This document shows, in pieces, positions 37,896 through 51,815 of a stretch of 64,000 nucleotides of DNA. Source of the stretch: Octopus bimaculoides (Eukaryota); contig NC_068998.1 in NCBI RefSeq assembly GCF_001194135.2, forward strand, positions 27,495,610 to 27,559,609, in the 5' to 3' direction. Both the position numbers and the translations under genes were made by a program. Below the pieces are notes generated by a model that was not told the DNA's origin, did not search any database, and worked only from the letters and a program-made list of their open reading frames with translations. Positions within the stretch are counted from its first letter, which is position 1, and each line of letters opens with the position of its first letter.

Positions 37896-40800
37896 GAAAT
37901 ATTTGTTACTAAAATCCATCCCTCTCTCTTATTCCCCATCAATCTCTCCAACCTCGGTCACACTGCTCCAGCCACCATACTCTTGCTCCTTTCACCCACT
38001 CATCCTGGTTCTTCTATCATCTCTCTCTCTTTTATTCACATTGCCTAGAAGGAATAGAAACACTGCTGAGTACTAGCTGGGACTACAGTAGGAATAATCA
38101 GCAATCACCTGAAGTCATGATTTGCTGGAATATTACCCATACGATCAACAAAATCTGACCAATCACACCTTCACATGGAATAGACTCCAGTGATGATTCC
38201 AATTTTTGGTGCGCTTCCTTCTGAGCCTACCAATCAGTATAAATTTGACATGCCATAACTAGAGAGCATTGACAGAGATGATAGGAGATGGCCAACAGAT
38301 ATGATGGGCAACAGCTGACAACACAAAAGCAATGAACAGTCAGAAGACAGAAGACATTAGAAGTCAGTAGTACAGTGAGCAGCTAACTACACTTTATCTG
38401 CTGCTGCAATTACAAGAAGAATAACATTCAAAACTCTCTCAATGTTTTGTCATTTGTAGTAACAACATTTGTTTTCTGTGCATGAAAAGAATAAAATTTT
38501 GTTGATCAAAAATTGCAACAGACATCAGTGTTCTTCATACAGGACTCTTTAGTTTTGTATGTACAAGGCAACTTCAACAGGGCTGTTACCATGATAAACT
38601 GCAGCCACTACACACTGTAATGTTGCTGGTAAATGAATAGAAATAACACAAGTTCAAGAGGACCCTTTATTCTTGTCAAAGACATTTCTCTAGTGCTGAT
38701 GCTATGAAGAAATGTACCCAGTATGTACTGTAAAGTGATTGGGGTCAGGAAGGGCATCAAGATGACACAGCAAAAGTGTTAAGGCTGCTCCCCCTGATGA
38801 AGAGGATTGGCTTGCAAGAGCCCTATGCCAGTGTCACATAAAAAACATTTGTGCTGGCACCATGTAAGAGTGCTTATGCTGGTGCCATGTTCCAAACCCC
38901 TAGCACACACTGTAAAGTGGTTGGCATTAGGATGGGCATTCAGCCATAGAAACCAAGCGAAATCAGACTGGAACCTGATGAAGCTCTCCGGCTTGCCAGC
39001 TCTGGTTAAAATGTCCAACTCATGCCAGCATAGAAAACAGATGATGATGATGAGGGCAGTAATTCTGAATTTGAACTAACTCAGAACATGACAACCTGTC
39101 TACTCATGCCAGTATGGAAAGCAGACATAAAAATGATAAGATAATTGCACTAAAGCCAATAAAGGAAGTTTTATAAGGTGGTTTGAGCTATGATAAATAG
39201 CAGGCAAATTTATTTCAAATTACACTCCACTCTTTTGACAAAACATATGGGATGTGTGCCTGCAAAGATGACATGATGATTAGAGCTAATCTAGAGTTAA
39301 ACAACAGTAGCAACAATTAAACAAAATCACGTAGTTCATAAAGAAGCCTGTTTGAGGTTGTTCAAGCTGCAAGAACTAGCAGTCAAATCTCACTCAAAAC
39401 ACATTCTACTATTTTAAAAATGAAAAGTTACATTGGATAATGTCTGTCCTGATTACATTAGACATGATAAAAGATAAGGTGGCCAGACTAGAATGTCTTT
39501 GGATTTGCTCGATCAAGGAGCTAAATGACAGAAAAACCACACACTTGTTCAAAGGAGATTTACAGTAAATACATTCCAAGTGCAATATCAAAATTTAATT
39601 CAAAATCCTTGTAAAATTAGATTGTATTTAATATTACATGTACCATTAATTCAGCATTAAAAAGAAACAACCCAAGTACTTACTTATCTATGCCAGTAGC
39701 TTCACTGTGCAATGCAGAATGCCAATGAACTGGCAGATATTCAACACGACCAACATAGCCTGATCTAATGCCTTCACTGAAGTGAGATTGTAATAAGGTC
39801 TGTGAAATTGAACGGAAGTCATCAACTGAAGGGAAAAAAAAAAATGTTATCAATTCAACTGTGATTAATTAAAGTAGATATCACTTAACAAATCAACATT
39901 TTGACTGATCGTAAATACAATTAGAAATGAGAATTTAACAGCAATTTATATGGAATAACTTTACATTAAGGAGTGGAACATACAATTTTCGGTAATTCAT
40001 ACTGCCTCATGATCCCAGCAGACAATGGAAAAGGCATTGACCCAGAAGATGGCAGGGGAAATGCAGTGGGACAACTACTCTGACTCATGGGGCTTGCACT
40101 TGCAGGTAGCCATCACCACCCTAATAGTGGTGAGCAGGGATATGGTCCAGCAGCCAAGAACGTGAGAGGCCTCCACTACCACAGGTATAATTAATCAAAC
40201 TTGATCACATTTGAACTTCAGAAAAATGTATCAAATGTCATTATTACAAACACAAAAAAATTAGTGAAGTAACTTTAAACTATAAAACAATATTACTTAC
40301 CGCATTCGACAATACTGCGGAAGCGTAGATCACAAACAGGTCCAATGCCATGAACTATAAACACAAGATGATCAATTTGCCCAGTTTCACCTAAAGAGGA
40401 TGTAAGAAGAAATAATTGAAACTCATAAAATTCCTTAAATAGCCTGAAAATTCAAACCTACAACACCTTGGATACAAGAGAATAAAATTTCGAAACAAAA
40501 GAAAGGAAAAAAATAAAAACAACAAGCACATCAATCTCATATATATATATATATATATANNNNNNNNNNNNNNNNNNNNNNNNNNNNNNNNNNNNNNNNN
40601 NNNNNNNNNNNNNNNNNNNNNNNNNNNNNNNNNNNNNNNNNNNNNNNNNNNNNNNNNNNNNNNNNNNNNNNNNNNNNNNNNNNNNNNNNNNNNNNNNNNN
40701 NNNNNNNNNNNNNNNNNNNNNNNNNNNNNNNNNNNNNNNNNNNNNNNNNNNNNNNNNNNNNNNNNNNNNNNNNNNNNNNNNNNNNNNNNNNNNNNNNNNN

Positions 40801-43800
40801 NNNNNNNNNNNNNNNNNNNNNNNNNNNNNNNNNNNNNNNNNNNNNNNNNNNNNNNNNNNNNNNNNNNNNNNNNNNNNNNNNNNNNNNNNNNNNNNNNNNN
40901 NNNNNNNNNNNNNNNNNNNNNNNNNNNNNNNNNNNNNNNNNNNNNNNNNNNNNNNNNNNNNNNNNNNNNNNNNNNNNNNNNNNNNNNNNNNNNNNNNNNN
41001 NNNNNNNNNNNNNNNNNNNNNNNNNNNNNNNNNNNNNNNNNNNNNNNNNNNNNNNNNNNNNNNNNNNNNNNNNNNNNNNNNNNNNNNNNNNNNNNNNNNN
41101 NNNNNNNNNNNNNNNNNNNNNNNNNNNNNNNNNNNNNNNNNNNNNNNNNNNNNNNNNNNNNNNNNNNNNNNNNNNNNNNNNNNNNNNNNNNNNNNNNNNN
41201 NNNNNNNNNNNNNNNNNNNNNNNNNNNNNNNNNNNNNNNNNNNNNNNNNNNNNNNNNNNNNNNNNNNNNNNNNNNNNNNNNNNNNNNNNNNNNNNNNNNN
41301 NNNNNNNNNNNNNNNNNNNNNNNNNNNNNNNNNNNNNNNNNNNNNNNNNNNNNNNNNNNNNNNNNNNNNNNNNNNNNNNNNNNNNNNNNNNNNNNNNNNN
41401 NNNNNNNNNNNNNNNNNNNNNNNNNNNNNNNNNNNNNNNNNNNNNNNNNNNNNNNNNNNNNNNNNNNNNNNNNNNNNNNNNNNNNNNNNNNNNNNNNNNN
41501 NNNNNNNNNNNNNNNNNNNNNNNNNNNGGCAGGGGAAGGAGTTTCTGGACCAGACAGCTCACATAAGTTGGAATTTCTCCATTTTGATGGGGATTTTTAC
41601 CAATGTTTTTCACCAAAGTCTTCAGAATGATGAGAGGGCATCTTTTCACCTCACCCCAAAAAAAATTTGGAAAATATTTTTTGCATTCCCACAACCCCCC
41701 TCACCACCCCAGTCAGAAACGATTTTGTCCATTTTTGTTTTTTCTCACTATGCACTTAAAACCCTTGAGAGAAACATTTTCAGTTTAAAAAAAAATTGTT
41801 AATGATTTCAGAGGAAAATGAGTGATTTAAGGGAGATTTGGTTGTTGTTTCAAGCACATCCCAAAACCTGCCTCCTCGTTTCTTTCTCACTCACACATCT
41901 ACTGATATTTTTCAATATTTTTCTCGGTGGGCTAGAAGAATTGTTAGCACGCCAGGCGAAATGCTTAGCAGTATTTCGTCTGCTTTACGTTCTGAGTTCA
42001 AATTCCACCGAGGTCAACTTTGCCTTTCATCCTTTCAGGGTTGATTAAATAAGTACCAGTTATGCACTGGGGTCGATGTAATCAACTTAATCCTTTTACT
42101 TGTCCTTGTTTATCCCCTCTATGTTTAGCCCCCTATGGGCAATAAAGAATATTTTTCTTCCCATAAACAAATTTTATGGAATGATAACGTCAAAGTTATA
42201 CATGGGTAGTCCCAACTGAGTGAGGCCATGTTTTGTGTGAAAGAGAGAAAAACACTTAAAAACATCTTTAGTATTCATATTAATGTCAAATGTAATGCGT
42301 ATTTGTTCATGTTATTTTGAATTATTCAGGTTCAAGAGAGGTGTCCACAATATTTGCTTGTAACTTAGTAAATTTTCTACATTCAGATTTGAAATTTTAT
42401 CAGTAGGTGCTTTATATACCACTGGTTTATAGTTATGTAATTTTAGCTGATCTTGCTGAGTAAATTTGACTTTTATGGGCAGGTAAATTTAATTAACAGG
42501 CGTAAAAGCATTAACATTATGAATAAACACTAAAATTGATATTCTTAATGCATCTTACTTGTTTGATTTGTTACTAAAATTATCCCAGATGGCAACCGAC
42601 AAAAATTTTGTCACTTTTCAAGATGAGGTACATGAATTTGAATTAATTAAGATGCAGATATAATCGGTACAAGATTTTCTTTTTTTTTTTGGTAAATATT
42701 TCATACCTCGGTGTGGAATAACTTTTTCCACAGTTTTTTTTGGGGTGCATTCAACCTATCTGACCTCCAAACCTGCCACAAGCCACTTTTTTTCCGGAAA
42801 AGAAAGGTGGGATGGGTGGTGGAGACATCAAAGTTTCCCACCAATGGAGTTTTGCTTTGCGGGTCTTTTTTTCTTTTCCAGGTTATTTTGCATGCTTTCA
42901 ACGAATGTGACATCGAAATCACATGTAAACAGCTCCTTTTTCCAGAAAAGGAAAGGTTTGCCTGCTATTTCTAGCATGCCCTACTACAATGCAACAGCTA
43001 TCTGCATTCATACCAAAATATTTACCAACTTTTTCCTTCCATTCATTTTTTCCACTGTATGGAAGTCAATATTTTCTCTGCTGACATCCACCTCAGCGAG
43101 GTCATGGATTAAGTGAAAACATATCAATCATTGTTCCCTTTTGACAGGACAAAGAAATTTCCCTCTGTCTTTGCAAGCAACAAGCAGGTGAATTTGGTTT
43201 CAAATCTAGGCAGGGCCAAACGAGGTCCTACAAGTTACTTATAATAAGTGGCGTTATTTTGGGGTTGAAAGAATGACGCATACAATATTAAATATGCTAA
43301 GACAATCTGAAAACAATAAAAAACTTTTAAGTGTTTACCAGTTTTTATGAAATTTTTGGGCTAATGAACTCGAGTTAACAGAAGCTAAATGTAACATAAG
43401 TTAATTAGTTCAATAATGATTTTCAAAGTTAACTTAAAAGTTAAATCATTAATGAAAATGTTAACTTCGTTAATTAACGGTTAACAGAATTATGCCCAGC
43501 TCTCTCTCTTTATATATACATATATATATGGAATGGTAGAAAGTAAGAAAAATATTGTTCACCATCATATACTGTAGCAAAGTCTTCAATTCCTCTTTTA
43601 ACTACACGTGGTCTCATTTGTTCACCCTAAAGGGAGAAAAAAAAAAAGACAGCTTTGATAAAGTTATACAAGACAATTTCCTAAATTCTGTGAAAGTGTG
43701 TTTGTGTGTGTGAATGTTTTATGTATATAAAAATGTGAATGTAAATATATGTATGCATAAATGTGTGTGTGTGTAAATCATATATGTGCATCTGTATTCT

Positions 43801-46800
43801 TAAATAACTGCTTTGCTTTGTTCCTTTTCCTTTGACACAAGAGTACACTAAGCTGTTTATGTAAATAAGGTGAATTCTGATGGATTAAGCCTGTTGTTTA
43901 CAGATCAATTACATTCAGCCAGTAACTTTGGGTATACCTATATTTCTAGACTAGCATTGAAGTATTTTGGTCTCTAGCCAAGGATCCCAGTAGCCACGAG
44001 TACAAATGGCAAGTCAAAACTTGATATAAATACAAACTCTTGGACAACTTATTGCTTGTCCATAGACATTCTCCACGTCATTTAGTTTATATCAGCTAGA
44101 GAACTAAACTTCATTGCAGGGAACATTTTTTCCCTCCTACACAGGAGTCTCTTAATTTGTTTTAGCATTGAGGCAGCTGTAACCTATTAATACTCTTCAC
44201 ATAAAAGCCTCCCTAACTATGTCTACCTTTGTATTGCGTACAGTGTTTATGCTTTGTTAATATATTAATTTGCTATTATTAATTTGGGTCACATCTTCAA
44301 CATCACCTTGGTAACAAATAGCTTCCAAATTTCTAAGTCAGGATTCAAAACTGAATCTACATTGCCTACAAATTCTCGCCAGTTACACTAGGAAATTCAT
44401 GAGAGTTAACTGTGATCTATAACCTTTACATGTCATACATGGGTCAAAGCTGATACAGAGGAAAAATCTTTCATTTAGCTTGTCCTAATTTGGTTAGAAA
44501 GGAAAAAAATAAGCAACCTCAAATCAGTTTCATCTCTTTAGTCACTCAGCCTCAGGTCAAAGAGCATCTCTGCTTCTCACTTCACATATGGCTCTCTTAT
44601 TCTTACTCTCTTTAGCAGTCCTCCACAGATGAAGCTTACGTATGGAACGGGCTATATAATTAACACTAATTTGTGCACTGCAACAACTCAAAGTAGTTGT
44701 AACTTACTTTGCAATAATGATGACACAAAATAAAGGACCATCTCAACTAACAATTACTATTATTCTTCTCTCATTTATTCGGTGCATTACAACTGATCGT
44801 TATAATTCTACAAAGTTGTCATTGTTGTATTTTAAGCATCCCTGTTAAAAGAATGTGTGTGAATGTGTTTCTATGTGAATGTGTCCGTGTACTTTAAAAG
44901 TCTTAGATGTTTAAAGAAAATATACTTAAAAAACCCAGAGAAAATCAAAAGAATAGTAATCTAAATTATTTATTGTTGGAATAATGGCTGCCTTGGAAAG
45001 TTGGAATAAAGATAACTTTCACCAACCATTATCTGAATTATCTCTATTACAGTTATCAGAGACACAGATGATATATTACAGCAGTAAGTTCTCAGCAATT
45101 TAAGATAAAAATCTGCTCGTCACAGATCTCTTCACTAATATAGCTTTACGAAATATAGAGAAACCACAATTTTGTGTATTTTTCTCTTGTTTAAATATCT
45201 TGGTCTCCCACCAATGCTACGTGTATGACAGTGGGTTTACTGCAGACAGTAGCAGAGAAGCGAAGAATATTTGTACATCTGTAAATTTAGATAAATTTGT
45301 TTGCGGCAGGAAGGTAAAAATCCAGATATTTCAAGCAAAGCCCTTTGTCAGAATAAGAAATTGTTTAAAGCTTAGGTTAGCACTAAGAATATTTAAGGAA
45401 AGGAGGTCAGGAGGTCATTCCCACAGTGACAAAGTGAAGAGTTTGAGGAAGGATAGTGATGGATTAAAATAAATCTCAACGCCGACTAGAGAGGGGAGAT
45501 AAACGGTGAATGGTGTGAAGTAGCCTTGTAGGTGTATAAGCACATATACACACATACTACCAAGAACACAAATGGAATTAACACAAATGGAAAAGTAAAA
45601 ACTATTATTTTGATAGAAAAGGAAGTTAAAATGCATATATATTGTTGAGAGAGAATATGTGACAGTAAGTGAATGATAAACATTTTTTTTTAAAGCTTTT
45701 CAGGGGCATTGAAAAAAAATTGCATTTGAAGAACATATCTAGGGAGTAAAAAAAAGGGATAATGGGGCAAAAAAGTGTTACTAGATCAATAAAGTGTAAA
45801 GGAAGATATATTCTGAATTTAGGAGAAAGAAAGTGGGGTAATGTGTAAGATGTAAGGATTAGAAATGCATCAATATGCACATGCAGGGATCAATATGAAT
45901 ACTCATGAAGGTAAAAAGATGAGAAGAAGAGGAAGGGTTACATAAAAAAAGAAACCATGCCAAGTGTAAAGGTAAGTTGTTTCTTTTTATGTTTATGGAA
46001 AGGTGAGGATCCATGATATGCAGAAATTCCAGACTCAGAGAGATGATCAATGCAGTGGTGTGATGGATTGAAATGATGGGTCATGAATTTGCTTAGATGA
46101 ATATCAAGAAGATGGATGTGGATACAGTCCCCAAAATATTGCCCATTTCTTTCTATATATAATGCCTGTGCCACCTAGTCTGGTATCTTGCTGGTTCATC
46201 ACCAATTTATATCATGATTGTCTTTCAAATGATGAGGGTTCATAAGATAATTGTTAAAGACGTGTTGAAATCAACTAAACAATCATTTCCTCGACACAGA
46301 ATTATTATTATTATTATTATTGAGTGAGAGAGCAGCACATGCCATTAAAGTGACACTGGGGTACAAATATACAAAGCCCAATACACCCATCATGACTATC
46401 AGTCTGATAAGGGTGTACACCAGGCACACGCATCACAACCATGTGTGTCTGACATGGTAATTTCATATCGAAATAAACAGTGCATAACTTTTCAGGTGGG
46501 GCCCAGATAGAATTTTCTTCAGGTTGAGTAGCCTATTCCACTCAAAATGTCCCTGAATAAGGTTTGTTTAAGGATGTTGAGCAAAACATCCATGTTTCCA
46601 AAGGTGAATTATTCAAACCCTAAAGAACTCCTCTCAACACATGGCTATGATGCTCCCCCACTACTTCTGCTTGTGATCAGAGATGCACATATCAGCCACC
46701 AAGGGACATGCTCAACTGGTTAAGTTCAAGCAACTGACAAGCAAATCTGTGGTATTGAGCAGAATATTTGCTGTAGCCCATCTTTTATACCAAGACAAAA

Positions 46801-49800
46801 CAATGAACATAACACTTCCAATCAGTTAAGATCAAAAGCCATGAGTGCCACTGCTTGGTACTACATCAGAGCATTTATTATTATAATTATTATTATCCAT
46901 CAAAGGAGTTCTAGAGGGTATTGGTGGGTCATGAAATCATAACCTCCTGCTGAGAGCTGAGGTCTGAATGCTTTCAACAACATAATCTGCTAAAAATGTT
47001 AATGGACCAGGAGGTTGTATTAAATGAAAGGCATGATGTGCCTACATTTAAAGGTAAAAAAAAAGGGGGGGGGGAGAAAGCCCTTCTACACATAAACATG
47101 ACCCATTAGATAACACAGCAACAGACATGTGAAAATTCAAGGCCAAACAACAATATATGAACAGTGTCAAAAGTACCCAGGAACACAAACTTAAGAATTT
47201 AGCTTGATTTTATTTCAAAAGCAAAAATAAAGCACAGAAATAAGTGAACCTTGCAAAAGACAAAGAAGAGGCTCTGAATAGTGCCTGCCCTTTACCACTG
47301 AACTGATATTGACCTCACTAAAAATTCCTACAATGCTCCATGAGCAGTATTTATGACCCCACTGAATAAAGAAAAGCAAACATGAATAAAATAAAGCCAC
47401 TTGATTATTCTTATAAATCCATAAGGTCCAATGACACAAACACATGAATGGATGATTATGGAATAATTAAAAACAAAGTAAGTCAATGTTAGACTGCTGT
47501 TCTGAGTGTACCCCATAAATTATAATCTCTTTGGCATCAGCAAATAATTTGTTTGCTGGTTGCTGTAAACAAGAGTCCATGCTGTTGTTAGATACATTGG
47601 TTTGAGAGGAAAGCTTTGATCATAGAGACATACAATGAGTTGAAACACCACAGTCTCAAAATCCCTTCACACTGATGACTTGTATGTGTCACAAACACAC
47701 ATTATCTAAAAGGGAGAAGATGTTCTTCATCAACAAAAAACAAAGGTGGTGAGATGGTCATGATCAAATCTGCCAGAACACACTAAGAATGAATAGATAC
47801 GTTATAAATTCCAATAGATGATTGTAAGTGCTGAAAAGTAGACTATAGTTGTAGAAGGTGGAAGTGAAATAATGGCAAGTTAAGAATTTGCTGTTAGTAT
47901 AATAAAATATTCATAACCAATAATAAAGAGAGGACAACTGAAAATGTTAAAAAATATAATTCATTTGTTAGGACATAACAATTTAGAGGCATACATTGCC
48001 AATTGTGAATCTTCTAGTTTAGCAACTGTAGATATTTACAAAAGACATAGAGACACTCAAACACTTGCACAAAACATGATGATTGATACCAGAATAGAGA
48101 TGAAAGCATAACTGATATGAGACAAATGTTACAAAAAAATGTGCTTCTATGTCTGTTATTCAGATAAAAAATAGACAGTATTTAGAGAGCTTCATTTAAT
48201 ACATTAAGATAATTTTTCTATGAATACCAAAATTTTGAGAGTTAAATATCTGGTTCTAGAAAATATTACTTTTAAAATTTCATCTTTGTCAAAATTAAAC
48301 AATATTAAAAGAAAAAAATATATTCTTGGCCAAAACATAATTAAAATGTTTGAGTGACTACAAAATATTCTGATCAATTATTTGGAAAATTGAAGCATTA
48401 ATTAACATTAATAATTATACATGCTAGTCTTTCTAAATACCCTCTTATAATGGTGCTTTGATGTTGAAGGAAAATCATATGTTCTTGGAATATTTAGAAG
48501 TATTTTGACTATTAAAGAATAAATACTAAATGAAGCATGAGGGAACATTTAAAATGAAATAGAATAACACATGGTTAAAGCTAAATTATATTTTTTGCTG
48601 AACTTTATACACAAGATATGAGGGGTTTGGAAAAAATTCTTGCTTTAAAGATATTTGCATTGGCTAATGTAAGCTAAATTACCCAGTTATTGATGTTTGT
48701 GAGTGACCAATTAGAATTATGATTAAGTTCACATAATGCAAACAACATCAATTGCATCATATTACCTATGAACAGAGAAAGCTTTTTAGGGGTTTTAAAT
48801 ACAGTTAATTGTTTTATGCACTATTTCTGTGCATAAACTGTGATGTAGCCTAGAGTACAATAGTTCGATAATGAAATGAGTTTAATTAATAGGGTTAATT
48901 TTGTTTGCTAAATTGTAGACAGTGACTTTGTAAGAAAGGTTAGAGAGAGGTAATAAGAAAGGCTCTTAGGTAAATATATAATAAAGATTACTCTTATATT
49001 TGAGAAAACATCAACATAAAATGAACTGATGTGTTTCAGATGGAGATAATGACTAGCTTATACGGAGATGAACATAATAATAGGGAGATAATCATAAGAA
49101 GCCATCAGTAAAATGAAGAATGAGGATGTGAGAAACTATGATGCTGGAAAGAGTAGCATCATTCTTTGTGAAGCATCAATAGTTCATGTTTAAATATTGG
49201 TCAAGACAATTACAGCTAATTGCCTTACAATCATATATGTCATAGATTAGGAAAGGAAATTATGAATTTGCATTATGTTTCTTATTGTTTACAAGAAAGA
49301 AGTCTTGTGTTGGTTACTCTCATTTTACTAATAATTACTATCTCTTACAGCGAGTGTAATGATAGCTTCCTCTCAGTATAAGCCATTTAATTTTTACCAC
49401 TAATTAAATTTCATACTGTACACAGACACAAAGATATAAGTGATATACATTTTTACAGTAATCTTTTTTTCTTACTCATCATTCCCAAGAAGGCCTATAG
49501 CCACTGAAACCATCTCTAGACTGACAGGATAGGAATAATGTGTCAGGTTAGTCACATTATTTCAGTTGAAGAAATGCATACCAACTCAAAATTCCAAGAA
49601 CATATTTTATTTTTAATTCTATTAAATGAAAAAAACCTAACTGAAGGGATTGTTTTTTTCTTTTAAGGTTGATACCATGCTAAACTAAAGGGTGATTAAA
49701 ATTCAAAAGGAAAACATATAAAGTTCCAAACAGTATTCACACAATTGAACAAACAGATGAAATGCACTCACCGGAAGGGAGTAGACACTCTTGAAAGAAA

Positions 49801-51070
49801 CAAAATTAACATTATATTAGACTTATATATTCTCATAAAATAAAAGTAATAAAATCACAGTTGTTATATATNNNNNNNNNNNNNNNNNNNNNNNNNNNNN
49901 NNNNNNNNNNNNNNNNNNNNNNNNNNNNNNNNNNNNNNNNNNNNNNNNNNNNATTCCTGGTCAAAAGTCTGAATACAATGATACAAATAATGTTTATATT
50001 ATAACTTATGATGCAGATAGAATGGACTTTCTAATAAGCAGATAAGATGACAAAGAATTGTGAAAGTGAAAATGTCAAAGTTATACTGCTCTATACATGG
50101 TGTGATACCTGCTTTGCTGCTAATAAAGCACCAATGCAATCAGGCATGCTTTCACCAAATTTTTGTAGTAAACTGGTGTTGTCTTCTGTGTCCAAACCTG
50201 CAGTAGCTTTTCTTTTATATCCAAAATTTATTTAGCTACAATTTTCTTTCTATATGATATCATGCATTTTCTATGGGGGTTACTATCAGCAAATGATCCA
50301 AATAGATTAATATTATTAGCTCTAAGCCAGTCTCCCATACACTTTGCAGAATAATAGAGTACCCTCACACTGAAATATAGTGCAATTAAGGATAATCCTA
50401 TGAGTAGGAAACTTTTTCAAAATATCAAGTACATTTTAGAATTTGTAATTGTACCCAAGACTTTTCCAAATACAAAATTTTTCTTTTGCAAAAAAAGCAC
50501 CCCTACCAATACCATAATGGAAAACACTGCTAGACTCTTGCAACTATATATTTGGGAATGTACCTTGAGTTTGATAGACAGCAAATAAAAACACCACTAG
50601 AAGCAAATTGCTTAATGGGTGTTTTGTCATTAAATATGACTAAGTTAACCCTCTTTAAACCAATTTTTATGATTCCTGCAAAATGGCAGGCAACCCTGCA
50701 TGTTGTTTTGTGAGAAGTCTTGCAACAAGATTGAAGTCTTTCTAAAATTGACATCTTATTGTTTCAGTGCTGTAGTTTATTGTTATTGAAAATCATGTTT
50801 GTCTGTTACTGTCAGATGAAAAAAGGGATGCAACACAAAGATGATGACTCATGTCATAAGGTTTGCATAATCTACCAGGTGATTTATATCCAGTTGTCTG
50901 ACGAAGTTGAGACAAGGCTATCTGGACAGCAGCAACAGGTACATCTAGTTGTGTAGATACCTTCCTGAACATGAGTCCACTGCCACAAAAAACAAGAATT
51001 TCAACTCTTTTTCAGATGACAATTCCATAAATTCATAAAAATTGATATATATTGCAGTGCCAGAAAGGTT

Positions 51071-51108
<38 letters not shown>

Positions 51109-51770
51109 NNNNNNNNNNTATATATATATATATACATACATACACACACACACACACACATACACACATAACAGTAGTTAAGTATGATCCAGGGATCCAA
51201 GTTAGTTAACTTCAAGTAATAGGCAGCTAGTATAGATAACAAAAAGTGGACAGTATATGATAACATTTACTAGCATTGTAGGTTACACACTCTTTCCCAT
51301 ATCAAAGTTTAGAGAAATTGATTAGCTGATTGTTTCTATACAATTCATGGTTTAGCAGCTAATGCTGCTAACAATGTGAATAAAAACCCCAAAATATAAG
51401 GAGTGGTAGAGGGAAAATATTGGCTACAATTTTTCATAACCCACTGACATTTAATTATGTAGGTCGTTACAAAACGAACACTCCTCAGTATAGCTAGTCT
51501 TGAGGCTGAGTCACCTCAATAAAGTTTACACTGATGCAGGAAGTAAGACAATGTAAACTTCATTGAAGTGTCTTGGCCTGAAGACTAGCTATGGTGAGGA
51601 GCATTCATTGCATAATGACTTACATAACTGAACATCAGTGAGTTATGAACTTGTATATATAATATATAAACTCAGTTACTTGCAAATATGGAACAGAGAA
51701 TTAGTTTTTATCTTCATATCAAAAAACATATTTAGAAAAATACCAAACTGCATTCAGACTTTTGATAAGG

Positions 51771-51815
<45 letters not shown>

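Noticed and set aside
42680-43505. Possible hAT/BED transposase relic ending in gcccagctct
   Set aside because: No matching opposite terminus and no convincing motif across frames.
50841-50901. C/D-box-like ATGATGA...CTGA on the + strand
   Set aside because: Antisense to the host intron, weak terminal stem, and no guide complementarity recognised; these motifs are frequent by chance.
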